DNA of 54,770 nucleotides, filler included, from Bipalium vagum (taxonomy: Eukaryota), in the NCBI GenBank assembly GCA_037834085.1. It is 3 parts of 3 records of this genome, joined end to end, with 100 filler letters (N's around TTAATTAATTAA, not from the genome) between each part and the next. Parts side by side here need not be neighbours in the genome. Positions count along the whole stretch, not along the records: positions 15,697 to 31,730 come from JBBMKC010130969.1; positions 31,831 to 54,770 come from JBBMKC010215139.1; 1 more part is not named here. The stretch is one strand, 5' to 3'. A program made the position numbers and the translations under genes. The notes beneath the pieces were generated by a model. The model was not told the DNA's origin, made no database searches, and saw nothing but the letters and a program-made list of their open reading frames with translations. Below, one piece after another: positions 23,410 to 36,830 of this stretch; positions within the stretch are counted from its first letter, which is position 1; every line of letters begins with the position of its first letter.

Positions 23410-23873
23410 ACCGAAAAAAAATTTGCTATACGTATTAGAGAACGTTGAACAGGCATGGAATGTCGTTTCTGGGGAAACCATTATTAATTCATTTTATCAT
23501 TTATTCGTTAATCATTAATATCTATCCGAAATGGAGGATGACAAAAATGATAATGTTGATTTTGAGGAATTATTAATATACCCGCTATAAACCCATCTTT
23601 GAAATTTGTACCAGAGATATCAATGAAAGAATAATTTCATATATTAAATCCACTGAACGAAAGTTGAAAGTTCAGTTCTGGACTAGATGTGAAGTGAAGA
23701 AAAAATTACCGATTATTTCCCATAGAAAAATAAAATATTGTGCTATAAATAAAAAGTTTAGTATAAATTAGTCTTATGTATTGTGTAACGAATACAACCC
23801 AATACAGTTATGACGACACTCGGATAAATACATAAATCACGGCCTCTTGAATGACAAAAACCGAGTTACACTG
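23410..23873 (+). mobile_element. 3' end of a pogo/Tigger-like transposon
   Basis: LLYVLENVEQAWNVVSGETIINSF matches the AW..V...TI.N.F motif that follows the DDE_1 domain. The end CCGAGTTACACTG resembles a pogo-type CAGT TIR. Confidence 0.65.
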
Positions 23874-26370
23874 CATTTATAGATCAACTGATAAAAGAAA
23901 AAACCACTAAACATAAATAGATGTAAATTGAAACATTAAAACAAATACACGTATATTTTGTATTTAATATAAAATTAAATAAAATAATTACATTTACAAT
24001 TACTTTTTAAAATATTTCGTTTTTTGTTTAAATTTTCCTTTTCATATTTTAAGATTTCCCCGGTAAAAATATTAAAAATATTTCAGTACACATTTCGATG
24101 TTTTTCATAACTGAACAACGTAAACTATCCATCATAAGATTAATTTTTGTTTGAAAAGAAAATTAAAATCATAACATTTTCTCTCTGCTGATACATCACA
24201 TTTGATATTATTTTCCATTTAAATTAATTAATATATATCAAAAATGGCAAAAATCAGTAAAAATGTGAGATACGATTACTTTTCATAATTATTTGTGGGT
24301 ATCACAGAAAATGTGAATTGAAACAATAATATTTTATTAGAAAATTATTCTGCTGTAAAAACGTATTCAATTAAAACTTTAATAAAATATGTATGATAAT
24401 ATTACGAAATTGTAATAATAATATTTCCAGATGTTGAAAAATTATTTATTTTATTTTCCAATATTTATAAAATCAATTTTGAAAGTAGTCTGCTATTTAT
24501 TTATATTGTTTAACAGATTAATAATTTATTAAAATAAAATATTCTGAAAAGAATATTTTATTTAAATTATTTTATTTTTTATATTAATTATAATTGTTTT
24601 AATAAATATAAATTTTTTGTCATAAAAACATTTTTTTTCACAAATGTATCATTTCAAAGAACATGCAGGGTGTTTCGATCCTTTTTCGAATCAATTAATT
24701 TGTTTATTTATTTTTCTTTTTGTTAGTGAAAAGTCTCTTAGAAAACACGATACCTCCTTGGGGGGAGCTATTTTGTTGAAGTTTGCATTTAATGAAGTCG
24801 TGATTTATCTATTTATGGATCTCTTGAAATTTCTGTTCGTTTTTTAAGTTTAAAACGTTTAATGACATTCAATTAGAATAACTCTCAGTACATTTCGAAT
24901 ATATCAACCAAGCCAAATTGTGTTGAAATGTTTCTTATTGTTTTCTGCATAATTTTCCTCATAAGCCAAAGGGTAATATTATACCACATTTTGTTCTAAA
25001 GTCCCAGATATATTACAAGATCGTGCCTATTCAACATTGGAATTATGAGTTTCGGATCGATTTCAGTTGGAAAAATGTGCATTTTTTGAATAATTTGAAA
25101 AATAATTATTTATATTATTTGGGTTTGAACAAATCTCACCATTGCTTGAAATTGGTTATATTTAATAATATATTCATATATTAGGAATTGTGGAGAAATC
25201 TTTAATATTTTCTGAACACCAATATGATCCACATGATCAGAATAATTTTTATGTTTACATCTCTTAATTAATTGAAACAGATGGAAAGCATTTCTGTGAT
25301 ATTCATATAGGTTTTAGCATTTTCCGATAACTAAGCGGTTTCATGAAGTTGTCCTATTTTCTTATTTATGACTGAACTATGAATTTAGTTTGCAGGAAAT
25401 TGATTACTTCCTTATAACTAAAATTTATTCACCAAACCTCATTACGTGTTTCCAAGGGTCCTAGATCGGTGCTCAGAATGTGTATATGTCATGAGAATCA
25501 GAGATATAAGTATAAGGTTGTTTTGTAATACTGTCAGTACATATATATTTTCATAATATTCAAGAAGGGACAAAGACCTTTGTCCCTTCTTATTATTTAA
25601 TGAAGAAATAGAACTCACAGTGGAAAAAGAAGTTGATAATAAAAGATCTTCATTAAAGAAGGAAAATATAAAAAGGATTTAATAAAATTATTATTATAAT
25701 ATTATGATCGCCTTAATCAGACTATAAATAAATATACGTTTAAATGGATATTACTAAGAAAGGATTAAAAAAATAGTAGATATGCAGACTGAAGAATCGA
25801 AATATCATTATAATATCTAATTAAAAATAAATTAGAAACCCGTAAAAAGCGAGATCTAATAAAACATCAATAACACCTAATACGAAAAATCGTTTAAAAA
25901 TTAAAAAACCAACATCTACAACATTGGGAAATATTATCAAGTGCAAAATGCACACGGTCACTTGAGAATTAGTATTACTAACAATTCACAATTAAGTAGA
26001 ACCAGTAAAAATTTAGACCATTCCTTAAATTCAGCTTTAAAACAAACAATTAAGGCTCATGATAAATTTCTGTTTGTCTTTTAATTAATACGTTCGTTGA
26101 ATTACTTATTAATGACATGAAACCATGATATATCTTAAGTTTTGAAAAGAATATCTTTCGACTTTCTGGTGAAATATATTTTAATATTATAAAAAATTAT
26201 TTTTAAAATTCTCTTTAGTCAATAATTTGTTTAAAAAAAAACTTTTTTAGACGAGAGTTTCAAAACAATAGAAAGAGAGTGGCAAAATTTTTAATAATAA
26301 TCGTAACAATAATAACAGAAAAACAATAATAATAATCATTATCAAAATATAGTTATAATGATAAAAAGTA

Positions 26371-27020
26371 CAGGGCTTGTATAACGTAAGTATCAGATTT
26401 TAAAATGTAATACAGTAACATGTATTTAGTAAAATTTAATATTTTTCTACAGAATGGCCATTAACTTTAATACAATTATTTAGGCGATTATAAGACTCAG
26501 TTATAAAACTTTGACTCATTTTAATAAGATTCTGGGGTTTCCATTTGAATAATTTCTTTCAGGTATTGAACATCTTTTGGTTTTGACCTATACACCTTTG
26601 TCTTCAGATGTCCCAGGTGCTTCTTGATAAACGTGATCTATTTCACATATTTTCTCGTACTCATTTAAAGGTCTTCTAGCACTTCCAGTCACAGAATTTT
26701 GCAATTATTTTCCTCATCTTTCTTGATTTATGTATCTCTTTCCCTTTCAAGTGTTCTAAATGCCGTCTGTCTGATGTGACTAATTTCATTTTAGCTAACA
26801 GTAAAATAATTTTCACTCTTTTTTCAATGGAGAAAATTATTAAAATTCAAAATTACTGCAATTAAAATCAATAACATTGATTTATTAAAACAGTTAAACA
26901 CACATTAAATCTCGAAAATTCTATTTCTTATGAAAATGTAAATTAAACATATTTAATGATGATATAAATATATTCTGCTGAACCCTAAATCGGATATTTA
27001 CTTTACACACATACACCCTG
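26371..27020 (-). mobile_element. Internally deleted Tc1/mariner element (650 bp)
   Basis: TA-flanked inverted ends CAGGG...GTAAGTATCAGATTT and CAGGG...GTAAATATCCGATTT (reverse complement). Decayed coding-like interior. Confidence 0.55.
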
Positions 27021-28029
27021 TACAAAAATAATAATAATAAATATAATCTACATATAAACCTAATGTGAATATAAAATAATAAATCGTAAAAAATAAAATA
27101 TAATAATTATAAAACAATCATAATGAAAATGTTGAAATGGAAACAAGAAAAGCAATTTAACAAATGTTATTTTGTTTTATCCTTCATGGAAAGAAAGAAA
27201 GAAATTCTGGGAGAAATTCATTATTAGCAATCAATTAAAATATTTAATATACAAAATCCAATGAATTATTTTTAGAAGACAGACATAAAACGCTTTTTTA
27301 TCAATTCTATATTTGTAAAAAATGTAAAAAGCCCTCAATGAAAAGCAATCTGTTTTTGTCACTAGAAAAAAATTTTACACGGGAAAATAAACATAAAATT
27401 GTTGTGAACATGCAAAATTATTCCTACAAATCGTTGAAGAGAAAATTCGTAAATATCACTGACAAATTTCAATGGAAATTGTCGATTACTGGAAAAGATA
27501 AAAACATTTATATCTCGAGCAACAGAAACATATCTTTCATAAAATGGGATCATTGAAGACTTTTTCTCGACGAAGTGTACACATTTTTGTGGGATAAATC
27601 GTTTTTTTTTGTAGGGGGAAATTCATTAGAACATTTAAACATTTGGCATTGTATTTTTCAGTGAATGAGTCTTGTAAATTTTGCAAAGGTAATCATCATC
27701 AAAACGAATTAAAACAAACAAAGGAAAAAGAAAATAAAATTTCTTTTGTCTCGTTTCAATATGGAAAACAATTTTTCTGTCTGAATTTATTTCGTTTTTG
27801 CGAATTTGTTTCTCTGGTAAAATATTTTGCACATGGGAAATTATTGTGAAGATTTGGTGCATTTCGGTGCTCTTATGGTAGAGAATTTTTGGAATTCTTC
27901 TTTATTTATTCATTTTCTTTTTTTCAAAATTATTATATTTTTTATTTTTATTGTTTAAAATTATTTTAAAATTTAATTCGTCATAATTATCTCAAGGTTT
28001 TTTATTTTTCCCTGAATTATTACGGTACT

Positions 28030-28667
28030 TTTTGATTAACAATAACTCACAAAAATCTCTTCATCATTATCTGCATTATCTACATTATGTCAAACATTTT
28101 GCGAAATGGAGTCGCAATGGTTCATCGGTTGATTTCAGCTCTCGCAGCAAGGTAAATTTGTAAGGAAACAGTCCAGATTATTTCGAAGAATGCAATGGAC
28201 ATTCGACTGGGGGATGTTTTCTTCATCTGAAATTGTTCTAGTGGAGCTGCAGCCAAATTCTGATACACTTGGTTTCAATTATTTTTCCAGGATTCCACAT
28301 CGATCGTTTTCCATTGATGATCATCCTGATTTACCCATATCATTGACACTGTCCGTTCTTTCGAATTTATCAACCAGTCTTTTTATGCTCTGAGTTTTGA
28401 ATGATTCCTTTATTAGACCACGTTCCTTTTTAAATTTGCGCAAAGTTGTTGGATTTTCTTCACTTGAATAATAACATTTTATGAGGAAAATTCGATCCTC
28501 AAAGGATATAATGATCTTGACTAAAATAAACAAAATTCTTATATTGATTGAACATATTAAATATTTCAAAATTGATTTATAAAAATATCATTAAAAAATT
28601 ATGTAATTTAAATTTCACTCCATAAAAATTAACCATTTAAAATGTGCGTCACCTATGAATCACGTTG
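28030..28667 (-). mobile_element. 5' part of a Tc1/mariner element with a DUF4817-like N-terminus
   Basis: ORF 28321-28569 has SFEDRIFLIKCYY...SIKRLVDKFERTDSVNDMGKSG, followed downstream by GLFPYKFTLLRELKSTDEPLRLHFA. TIR-like TA-CAACGTGATTCA at 28667. Confidence 0.75.
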
Positions 28668-29169
28668 TAAATTTCTTATTTATATAAAAACATTCATTTC
28701 TGTTTAATTAATGTACTCCTTTTCTGTCAAACTCTAACTAACACGTAAATACTCACTAATTTGTGTCTTGAGATGACATTGTGTTAAATTCATATACTGT
28801 AGGTATGTCAAAATGAGGTTCCACGATGTATTATCGTGATCCCCATACACAGTAACTAATCTCATGTAAATAACTAAACAGCATTCATGAATACAAAAAT
28901 GTGACAAAATGAAATTCATTTAAAGTAAATTTACTTACAGTAGACAACGGCAACAAATACATTTAACAAAAATTCAATAGCTCAAAACTGAGCATTTCTT
29001 TGTTTTTATTCAATCATTTTTAGTGTTTTGTCTTGGAGTTCTTTATGTGTTGACAATTTGTTGTTATTTTCATAAAAGAAAATAACTGTTCGCAAACATA
29101 TATTTTGTCTAATTCATAAAATCATTCTTAATTTTCTTTGTTTACTGTCTATCGTGACATGTTTTTTGT

Positions 29170-29800
29170 GTCTTTTACATTATTTTTCAAAATCGATGAT
29201 ATTGATCAAAATAAACGGAAATTTGATCGCGCTAGATGGGAACTGTATTCTTGGTGTTATTTTATTATTCTTAATAGATCTCATTATCTAGACTGTTATT
29301 TTTTGTTTTAGCTACAATAGACGAATGCCATCAAGCATTATCTTGCCGAAGAACGACTGTTTGTCGATTGGTTAATGCTAAATATAGTATACTCTTTCGA
29401 TTTGTTGGCAATATAGGCCTACATTAATATCTACGCCTTCAACAATTACATCAAAATAAATTATCCCTTCACAGTTTCACCAACCGCATTCATTGATTTT
29501 TATCTAAGAAACTTCTTTTCGGAACATGTTTTGCAGATTGATCTTTCTGAACCCATTGTTTTCACAATTCTTTTAATAAAATAAATTTTGCAAAAAGTAT
29601 ATGCATTTTCTGGTTTTAATTCCTGAGGAATACTTAAGCACTTCATATTAATCATGCCCAGCTAAACAATCTTCTCAGTGCGGTTTCTTAAAACCATCAG
29701 CTTTTGAAGATAATTTTCTTGTACTAGCTCATGGATTGCTTTCTACAACTGTCCTCAATGTTTCGTAATTAAGCGGATACGGTCTACAATGAGTGGCTTA
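29170..29800 (-). mobile_element. Decayed mariner transposase
   Basis: Minus strand in order: LRTVVESNP, IPQELK, W*NCEGIIYF, LYCQQIER, VVLRQDNA*WH, YSSHLARSNFRLF (for YSPDLAPSDF). Confidence 0.8.
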
Positions 29801-30409
29801 AGTTTTAATTTATATTAAAATTAGCATAATAAGTTATGGAACAAGCTTTATATAATTTGTTTTACTTTTAATTAAAGTACAAAATGCGAATTATAACATC
29901 CATAACCATTATTATGTCTCATTTCAAATATTTTTTTGTTGAAATACTTCTAAAGTTGTACCTAAGAAGACTTAAAAATGATTTTCAGCTACATCTTTAT
30001 TTCATCATGATTGACAGATTTGTGATTTCTTTTATATCTCTTCAGGTTGTTAAATAGATAGACGTCGGATGGAGCTAGATGATTACTAAAACAAGAAAAC
30101 CTCAGAAGATCGAATTCACAATACTCAGTTGACCATAGTTGTGGGGTTCTCTGTTAATGTCTACGTTATTTTATAGAAACAATAATTTTTTATTATTATT
30201 TTTGTACAAGATACCTTTTAAGACAGTGAATTCGCAACATGCTATTTTATATTTTATTTTTTGCAATTTCGTCGAAATCATTGAAAAGGAAGATTTCAAT
30301 ATAATAATAATTTTATATACAAATCACCCTTAATTTATTTCTAATAAAAATATAATAACAAAATAGTAATAACTACTAATAATAACTACTAATAATAACT
30401 ACTAATAAT

Positions 30410-30625
30410 NNNNNNNNNNNNNNNNNNNNNNNNNNNNNNNNNNNNNNNNNNNNNNNNNNNNNNNNNNNNNNNNNNNNNNNNNNNNNNNNNNNNNNNNNNN
30501 NNNNNNNNNNNNNNNNNNNNNNNNNNNNNNNNNNNNNNNNNNNNNNNNNNNNNNNNNNNNNNNNNNNNNNNNNNNNNNNNNNNNNNNNNNNNNNNNNNNN
30601 NNNNNNNNNNNNNNNNNNNNNNNNN
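30410..30625. other. Assembly gap (216 N) next to an AAT/ACT-rich tandem repeat
   Basis: N run preceded by (AATAATAACTACT)-like units at 30368-30409. Confidence 0.95.
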
Positions 30626-31654
30626 TTCTATTTTTAAATTAATCTTCAAAATAAATAATAATGATAAGTGTTTTGACGTTTTAATTGATCAAACAATACA
30701 ATATAAAGGCTTAAGGCATATGAAGAAGAGTATAATACCAACGGATTCTGACAGTTTCAAGACGCATTCTACTATGACATTATTTTTTGTTTACATTTAC
30801 AATTTTTTGTTTTAATAATTCTCCATTGGATGATACGAAATCTTATATTTCTGTAATGCAATAAAAAAGTGATAATGTTAAAATAAATTTACGACCTATA
30901 AAATTAATATAATTATCAAGATCTCTTATGAACGCTCCTCTGAAATCAATTGGAAATATACACATATATTTCTATATATGTAACAAAACAAAATTCTCTG
31001 GAAACAAGATTTAAAGCTGTCAGAAATGTACGAAATAAATCTTAAGACAGGGCAGTCAATCGAAAAAAGTAAACTTGCTCAAAGCAAACAAATACAACTT
31101 TTCAAGGTAATACCTCAGAAACCCACGCAAAGCCACGACTAGGTCCTCAACATATATTGAAAAGGCAAACGTCAATCATGCTACCGTCACACTCAATACC
31201 ATTCATGAATGGTAAAAAACAATCTAAGAGTTCATTTTTCAGTTATGTTGACATATATTTTTCTAGGTTTCCTTCATGGGTGAATTCTCGTCTGCTATTA
31301 TATTATGGATTTTATCTAATGATAATTGAATGCCTAACCAAAGTACTGATTGTAAAACAATGAAAATTGAATTTTAACTTTATTTTTTTCTATTTGAAAG
31401 ATTTATTTTATTTCTTTGTAATAGTAATAATGGCGTGGTGTACAAATGTTTTAAGGTCTCTAGGTGATCTAACAATATTGGTACAGATGAAAAATTATTA
31501 AGGAGGAGTGCACTAAAGGGGCTACCAGTTCCGGTCTGAACGAGCAGAATTTTTAGGCGTAGTTAAAAAAACAAATTATCTATTCAATAAAAAGTAAACT
31601 TTTAGAGTAGTACTCAATGAACTAATTGGTTTTATTTTAATATCATATTAAAAC

Positions 31655-31655
<1 letters not shown>

Positions 31656-31728
<73 letters not shown>

Positions 31729-31830
31729 TANNNNNNNNNNNNNNNNNNNNNNNNNNNNNNNNNNNNNNNNNNNNTTAATTAATTAANNNNNNNNNNNNNN
31801 NNNNNNNNNNNNNNNNNNNNNNNNNNNNNN

Positions 31831-31884
<54 letters not shown>

Positions 31885-31905
31885 GAAGAAGAAGAAGAAG
31901 AAGAA
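31656..31905. repeat. (AAT)n and (AGA)n microsatellites spanning a second artificial join (31731-31830)
   Basis: Pure AAT tracts on both sides of 44N-TTAATTAATTAA-44N, then (AGA)n at about 31883-31905. Confidence 0.9.
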
Positions 31906-33126
31906 TATATTATAATATCACAAATAATATATGCCAACTATTTTAAAATTCAATTTCTAAAGACATTAAAATAGTATCTTCACTAATTATTATTATCTTT
32001 CGTATGTAATTGTAAAGTTTCTTTTTAAATTAAAATAAGGCTTTTGATGTTTTTTAAAATTTAAATATATTTCCTTTAACAATAACATTGGGTAGCTCTT
32101 AGTGAAAAACCCTTTAAAATAATATAGGAGAAAATATTTTTTTAATTATTACATTATGATTGACTTTTTCCTTGGTAATTTTTAATTTCATCAACAAAAT
32201 TGTGATAAACGGTGATAAATAGTCATGAGAAATTATAAAACTGGTGAAGCATGAAAATATTATAATACTAGTACGATTTTAGCCTTTTGTGTGGGAACTA
32301 AACCTGATTTATGTCATTAAGTTGATTTTTATTTGAATTCCCTAAAATAACTTTAACTTTATCAAAAACAAGAAAAATAAACTTATAAATCAATCAGAAC
32401 GAAAACTTGTTATTTCAAGTTCTATAATATAAGAATTTTTTCCAGTTGGCTTTAATAATTTCAGCTGTCGAGTCCAACTCTGTCATCAGAAATGAATTCT
32501 TTAAAAATACATATATAAAATAAGCTTTAGATTTTCATTAATCAAATCAGGACAATTTAAATTGTTATACCCCTTTAATTATATTTCATAATTTTAAAAC
32601 GCTATCATTCAACTTATACAAATTCCATTTTGAATTTTAAATTTGTTTTACCAAGCTATTTTAATCAACTCAACATTAATGAATTTCTATGAAATTATTA
32701 AGATTTTAAAATATTATTATATAATTAATATTATAATTAATGAATATAATTGATAATTTTCTTTATTTGATTTTTTAGTTTTATCTTATAAAAAATTTAA
32801 AATACGGTCAAACAATTTGACTTATCTTTTATAATATTAATACCAGTCTAATTTGTTTAATGTGCTTGCTTTTGATAAGAAAATAAATAAATTAGTACAT
32901 TTAATAAATGAATTAAAATAAATTAATATGTTCTCAGGTATATTTAAATATTTTGTGTAATATTAATTTTTCACTTTTAGTATTATAATCAACAAAAATA
33001 ACGGTTGATTTGTGATATTGAATCCCAGTATTTAGTGATAAATATTTTCACACTCTTCAGTTGGCATTTATAAAAAAAAGATTTACTTATTTTTAATCTC
33101 ATTATGAAAGAAAAATGTAAATGTAA

Positions 33127-33893
33127 TCAATGATTTATGCTGACTTGCTCCTTTATCGGCGAAGAAGAATTTAACAGGAGACTGCATCCTGAGCTTGAAG
33201 GTGCTATGACCAAGAGACCAAACACAAAAATTAAACTTTTTTGCTGGACTTAGTCAAAAGTTTTTTTCTATATAAAAATACCTGTACTCGAAATTATGAA
33301 TTATTTTTAATGACAAATCCCTGTCCACAAAGATTCTAACGAAACACGTTTTTTCATCAAAACGTAAAATAAAACGATCAAAGCATGTATTCAAATTTAA
33401 GCTAGGCTGTTATTAAATAAAAACGATTGTTAGACGGATAAGAATACCGAACCTTGGCAGTTTTTATGTTACTCAGAATATTGATTCAAAAGTCTCTGTA
33501 GACTATCAGCAGTCTCCATATACATGTCGGAATAAGTAATGGCTTTCGTTGTCTGCATATATTTATTCTTATCTTGTAGATTGAGTTGAACGACATAATT
33601 TCTAATTCTAAGACCTGAAAAGATAACCTTTCAACTGTGCTACTTTAGTCTCCTTGACATGCTATTGTACTCGTATGTAAATATTTTTTTACACTACGGT
33701 ATTTGGCATTTGTTTTGCAAAAGTTGAACGTATTTTGATTTAATACCAATGCACTACACTACTAGTCGTATAGGCTTGTTCATTATTGTAATCCCGCTGC
33801 TTCTCAGATTTCTTTCGTTTCTGTCTCCTCTGTTATTCCACATATCATTATCAAATATTTAGTTATTATAAATTATTTAAATAATGTAAGTCA
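33127..33893 (-). mobile_element. Insertion flanked by 44-bp direct repeats; possible non-LTR retrotransposon endonuclease relic
   Basis: Direct repeats 33083-33126 and 33894-33937 match at 41/44. Minus-strand fragments CIGIKSK, IACQ/ETK (frameshifted) and YGD weakly resemble APE endonuclease motifs. Confidence 0.35.
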
Positions 33894-33996
33894 TTACTTA
33901 CTCTTAATCTCATTATGAAAGAAAAATTTAAATGTAAGTTAATATTTTTTAATGATATGTGTAAAGTAATGTGTAATTACGTGGTTTTGAGCAATG

Positions 33997-34885
33997 ATGT
34001 CTAAAAATTTAACAGAATTTCAAAGAAATGTAATCGTTATATTACGGAATAATGGAAAGTCTTGGACAAAAATAACTCGTGAATTACTTGAAAAATACAG
34101 CAAGACTGAAAAAACGCGGCATGCGATATGTTTGGCAGAAATATCTGAAAACAGGTTTCGTGCGAAATAAGATGAGAAATGGCAGACCAACTATTGTTTC
34201 ATCCAAAGCTTCACGAGCTATAAAACGAGTTTGCAAAGCCAATCGCTTATTAGCTGTTCATAATATTACCATATTTATAATACAAGTTCTGTCCAAAATT
34301 TATCTGTCATTTACCGTCCAGAAAAACTGTTTTCGAAGTTATGCAGCAATTGAAAAGCCGTATCTACATTTCTTGAGATGCATATAAATGTTGAGATGTG
34401 GTATTCATTGATGATTGTTTCTTTCAGTCATATTCCTCATCAAATAAATTATTGATTCGGAGAACCGCATTGGAAAAGTGCAACCCTGCCTTTAACCAAC
34501 CAGTTATAGGACATGGTCCATCCATACATGTCTGGGGCTGCTTCAACAGTAACGGGTTGGACTTCTGATAAGAATCAATGGAAATATGAATGCCGAAAGA
34601 TATCAAAAAGAAATACTTCATGACATAGACATAGATGGAAAGTTCTTTTTAAAAGCAACATTCGTTTTTCAACATGATTTGGTTCCACCTCATATAAAAA
34701 TAAAAATATTTATGTCTTACCTTGGCCAGGTAATTCTCCTGATCTGAATCCAATAGCAAATATGTGAGGTATTCTTAAACGGCAACTAAAACTAATGAAA
34801 CACGATTCTGCTCAAGAATTGTGGAATGAAGTCCAAGGCAAATGGTACACCCTTTCTAGTAATCTATACCAGAAAATTGTGTTTA
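33997..34885 (+). mobile_element. Decayed Tc1 transposase
   Basis: MSKNLTEFQRNVIVIL, RNGRPT, HGPSIHVWGCF, VFQHD, WPGNSPDLNPIAN, with frameshifts and stops. The 3' end abuts the Gypsy relic. Confidence 0.88.
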
Positions 34886-35945
34886 CTTCTGGCCATTTAG
34901 TGAAAATATCACAAAACTATTTATAAGGCAATACCTCTACGAAGTCCATTGCTGCCATTTCCATCGTTTCTGTAGGTATTGTAATAGGTTTTCTTGGTAC
35001 TTTAGTTTTGGCTCCTGTTCTCCTGCTAGTCTGACTAATTTTAAAGGACTAACAGCAATTCCTAATATCCTGTTCAATCTTTGGCCAAAAGTATTTCTAT
35101 GAAATCCTGAATAAAATTTTCCTTAATATTTAGCATGATTCTTAATCTCTAGTAAAATATTATATTCCTTTCTTTGATTTTTTTATCTTTCATTTTTGAA
35201 ATGAGAGCTATAAGCTATCATTCTTTCTTTTTCATTTTCATCTAGTTGAGACAGAATTGCTACTATTGAATCAAAGCTTGCATCTGTATCTAGAATAAAT
35301 TCCTTCTTAATATCTGGAAAACACAGTACGAAACTTTAAGTTAATGTTTCTTTCATCTCCTTGAACACTTCTTTCATCTCAAGTTTCCATATTAATTTCT
35401 TCTCAATCATTCCACACGCTCTCTCCAATGGCATAGATCTCTTCGAGTATTCTTTTATAAATAAATCTTCTACAATAGTTAAAGATTCATGATAACACTT
35501 CTCAATCATTTTACGCTTTTGGTCTTTCGAAATTTTTAATCGCCTCCAACTTTGAAGGGTCTGTTTTTACCCCATTTCTACTCACTACATGACCAAAGAA
35601 CTATATTTCATCTTTCAGCAAATGACACTTTTCTGGATTTATCCTTAGTTCAGCCTCCTGCACTCTTCTCAGTACTTCCTTCCGAACCTGATAATGCTTA
35701 CTTTCAGTCCCCGTAAAAATAAATTTGTCATCCAGATAGACCATTGCTCCTTTATACAACCGATGACCTTCATTATTATCTCCTGAAATGTCCCTGGGGC
35801 TGCCGCTATTCTAATGGGCATCCTATTAAAACAATACTGTCCTTCCTTGGTAGAAAAAGTCGTCTTGATCTTTGATTTCTCCTCTAATTTAACTTGATTA
35901 AAGCATTACCTAAATAAATAGAACTGAAATACTTTGCTCCGACTA
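34886..35945 (-). mobile_element. Decayed Ty3/Gypsy pol (RT, RNase H, integrase fragments)
   Basis: GAKYFSS, KTTFSTKEGQYCFNRMP, AAAPGTFQ, VYLDD (YLDD 35727-35738), NPEKC, GHVVS..GVKTDP, then FILDTDAS (RNase H), then AMDF...DIFTKWPE (integrase). RT-RH-IN order is diagnostic for Gypsy-type elements. Confidence 0.92.
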
Positions 35946-36005
35946 TGATGTGTGAAGAAATTCGCTTCCATGCTTCAAAAAGTATATATATAAAAGTAAA
36001 TATAT

Positions 36006-36830
36006 TGTGGAAACTCCCCCCTTCTGATCAACCAATTCAACCGAAACCTTCAAAAACTTCAATCCCAAAGCAATCAAAGCCTTCAAAACTATAACATTAT
36101 ATCATGGATTTAAAACATTTTTAGTGATCATTTATTTTATGTACAAAAACAAAATATAATTCTGTATAATTTTATTTATTTAAAAGTTAAAACCCGGAGT
36201 TTGATTTTAATAATTCTTTTTCTCGTCTGTTTAATATAAAATATAAAATAAAAAATAAAATATAAAATTATAGTAGAAATAATAAAATAATATTTAAAAT
36301 ACAAAAATTATTATTATAATTATAATTAATTAAAAAATTAATCATTTTGATAATTAATTTAGAAAAAAGTTGGAAAAAATTGCTTAGTAACATAAAGTTA
36401 CTATAAATAATTTTTTCTATAAAAATTTTAATCAATTATAAATATAAATTATACTGAAGTATTTCAGTATAAAACCACACAAAAAATAGTCAGAAGAAGG
36501 ATACAAAATAAATCCGATCAAGGACAAAACAAAACCCAACGAATTACAAAGGAGTAAAGCGGATCCAAGCTAATAATCAGAATTTGGACGAAACAGACGA
36601 TTACGAATAATTCCGAAGGAAGCTTCAGATACAAATAGCCAGAAGACAGGATCAGATCGAGAACGAATAACTGATCATTAGCCTCAGGATCCAGTTTCAA
36701 TATCATTTATTAAATTATTTTATTACTATAAATCTATTATATTTTACTATAAATCTATTAGATTTTACTACAAATCTAAATAGATTTTTATTAAATTAAA
36801 TAAAAACAAATTAAATTCCTGGCTTCACAC
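36006..36830. mobile_element. Possible LTR-like segment adjacent to the Gypsy relic
   Basis: Begins TGTGG; non-coding; contains a fold-back at 36561-36692 and about three 20-bp tandem units at 36721-36790. Boundaries uncertain. Confidence 0.3.

Noticed and set aside
30389-30649. 86-aa ORF in the ORF track
   Set aside because: Consists almost entirely of N gap.
32380-32480. Minus-strand hammerhead candidate CTGATGA-cagagttggactc-GACA (similar near-misses at about 17470-17520 and 25785-25820)
   Set aside because: The GAAA or UH core positions, or stem I pairing, fail in each case.
36545-36610. Hammerhead ribozyme suggested by GGACGAAAC
   Set aside because: The upstream core reads CTAATAA rather than CTGANGA, and no stem III partner is present.
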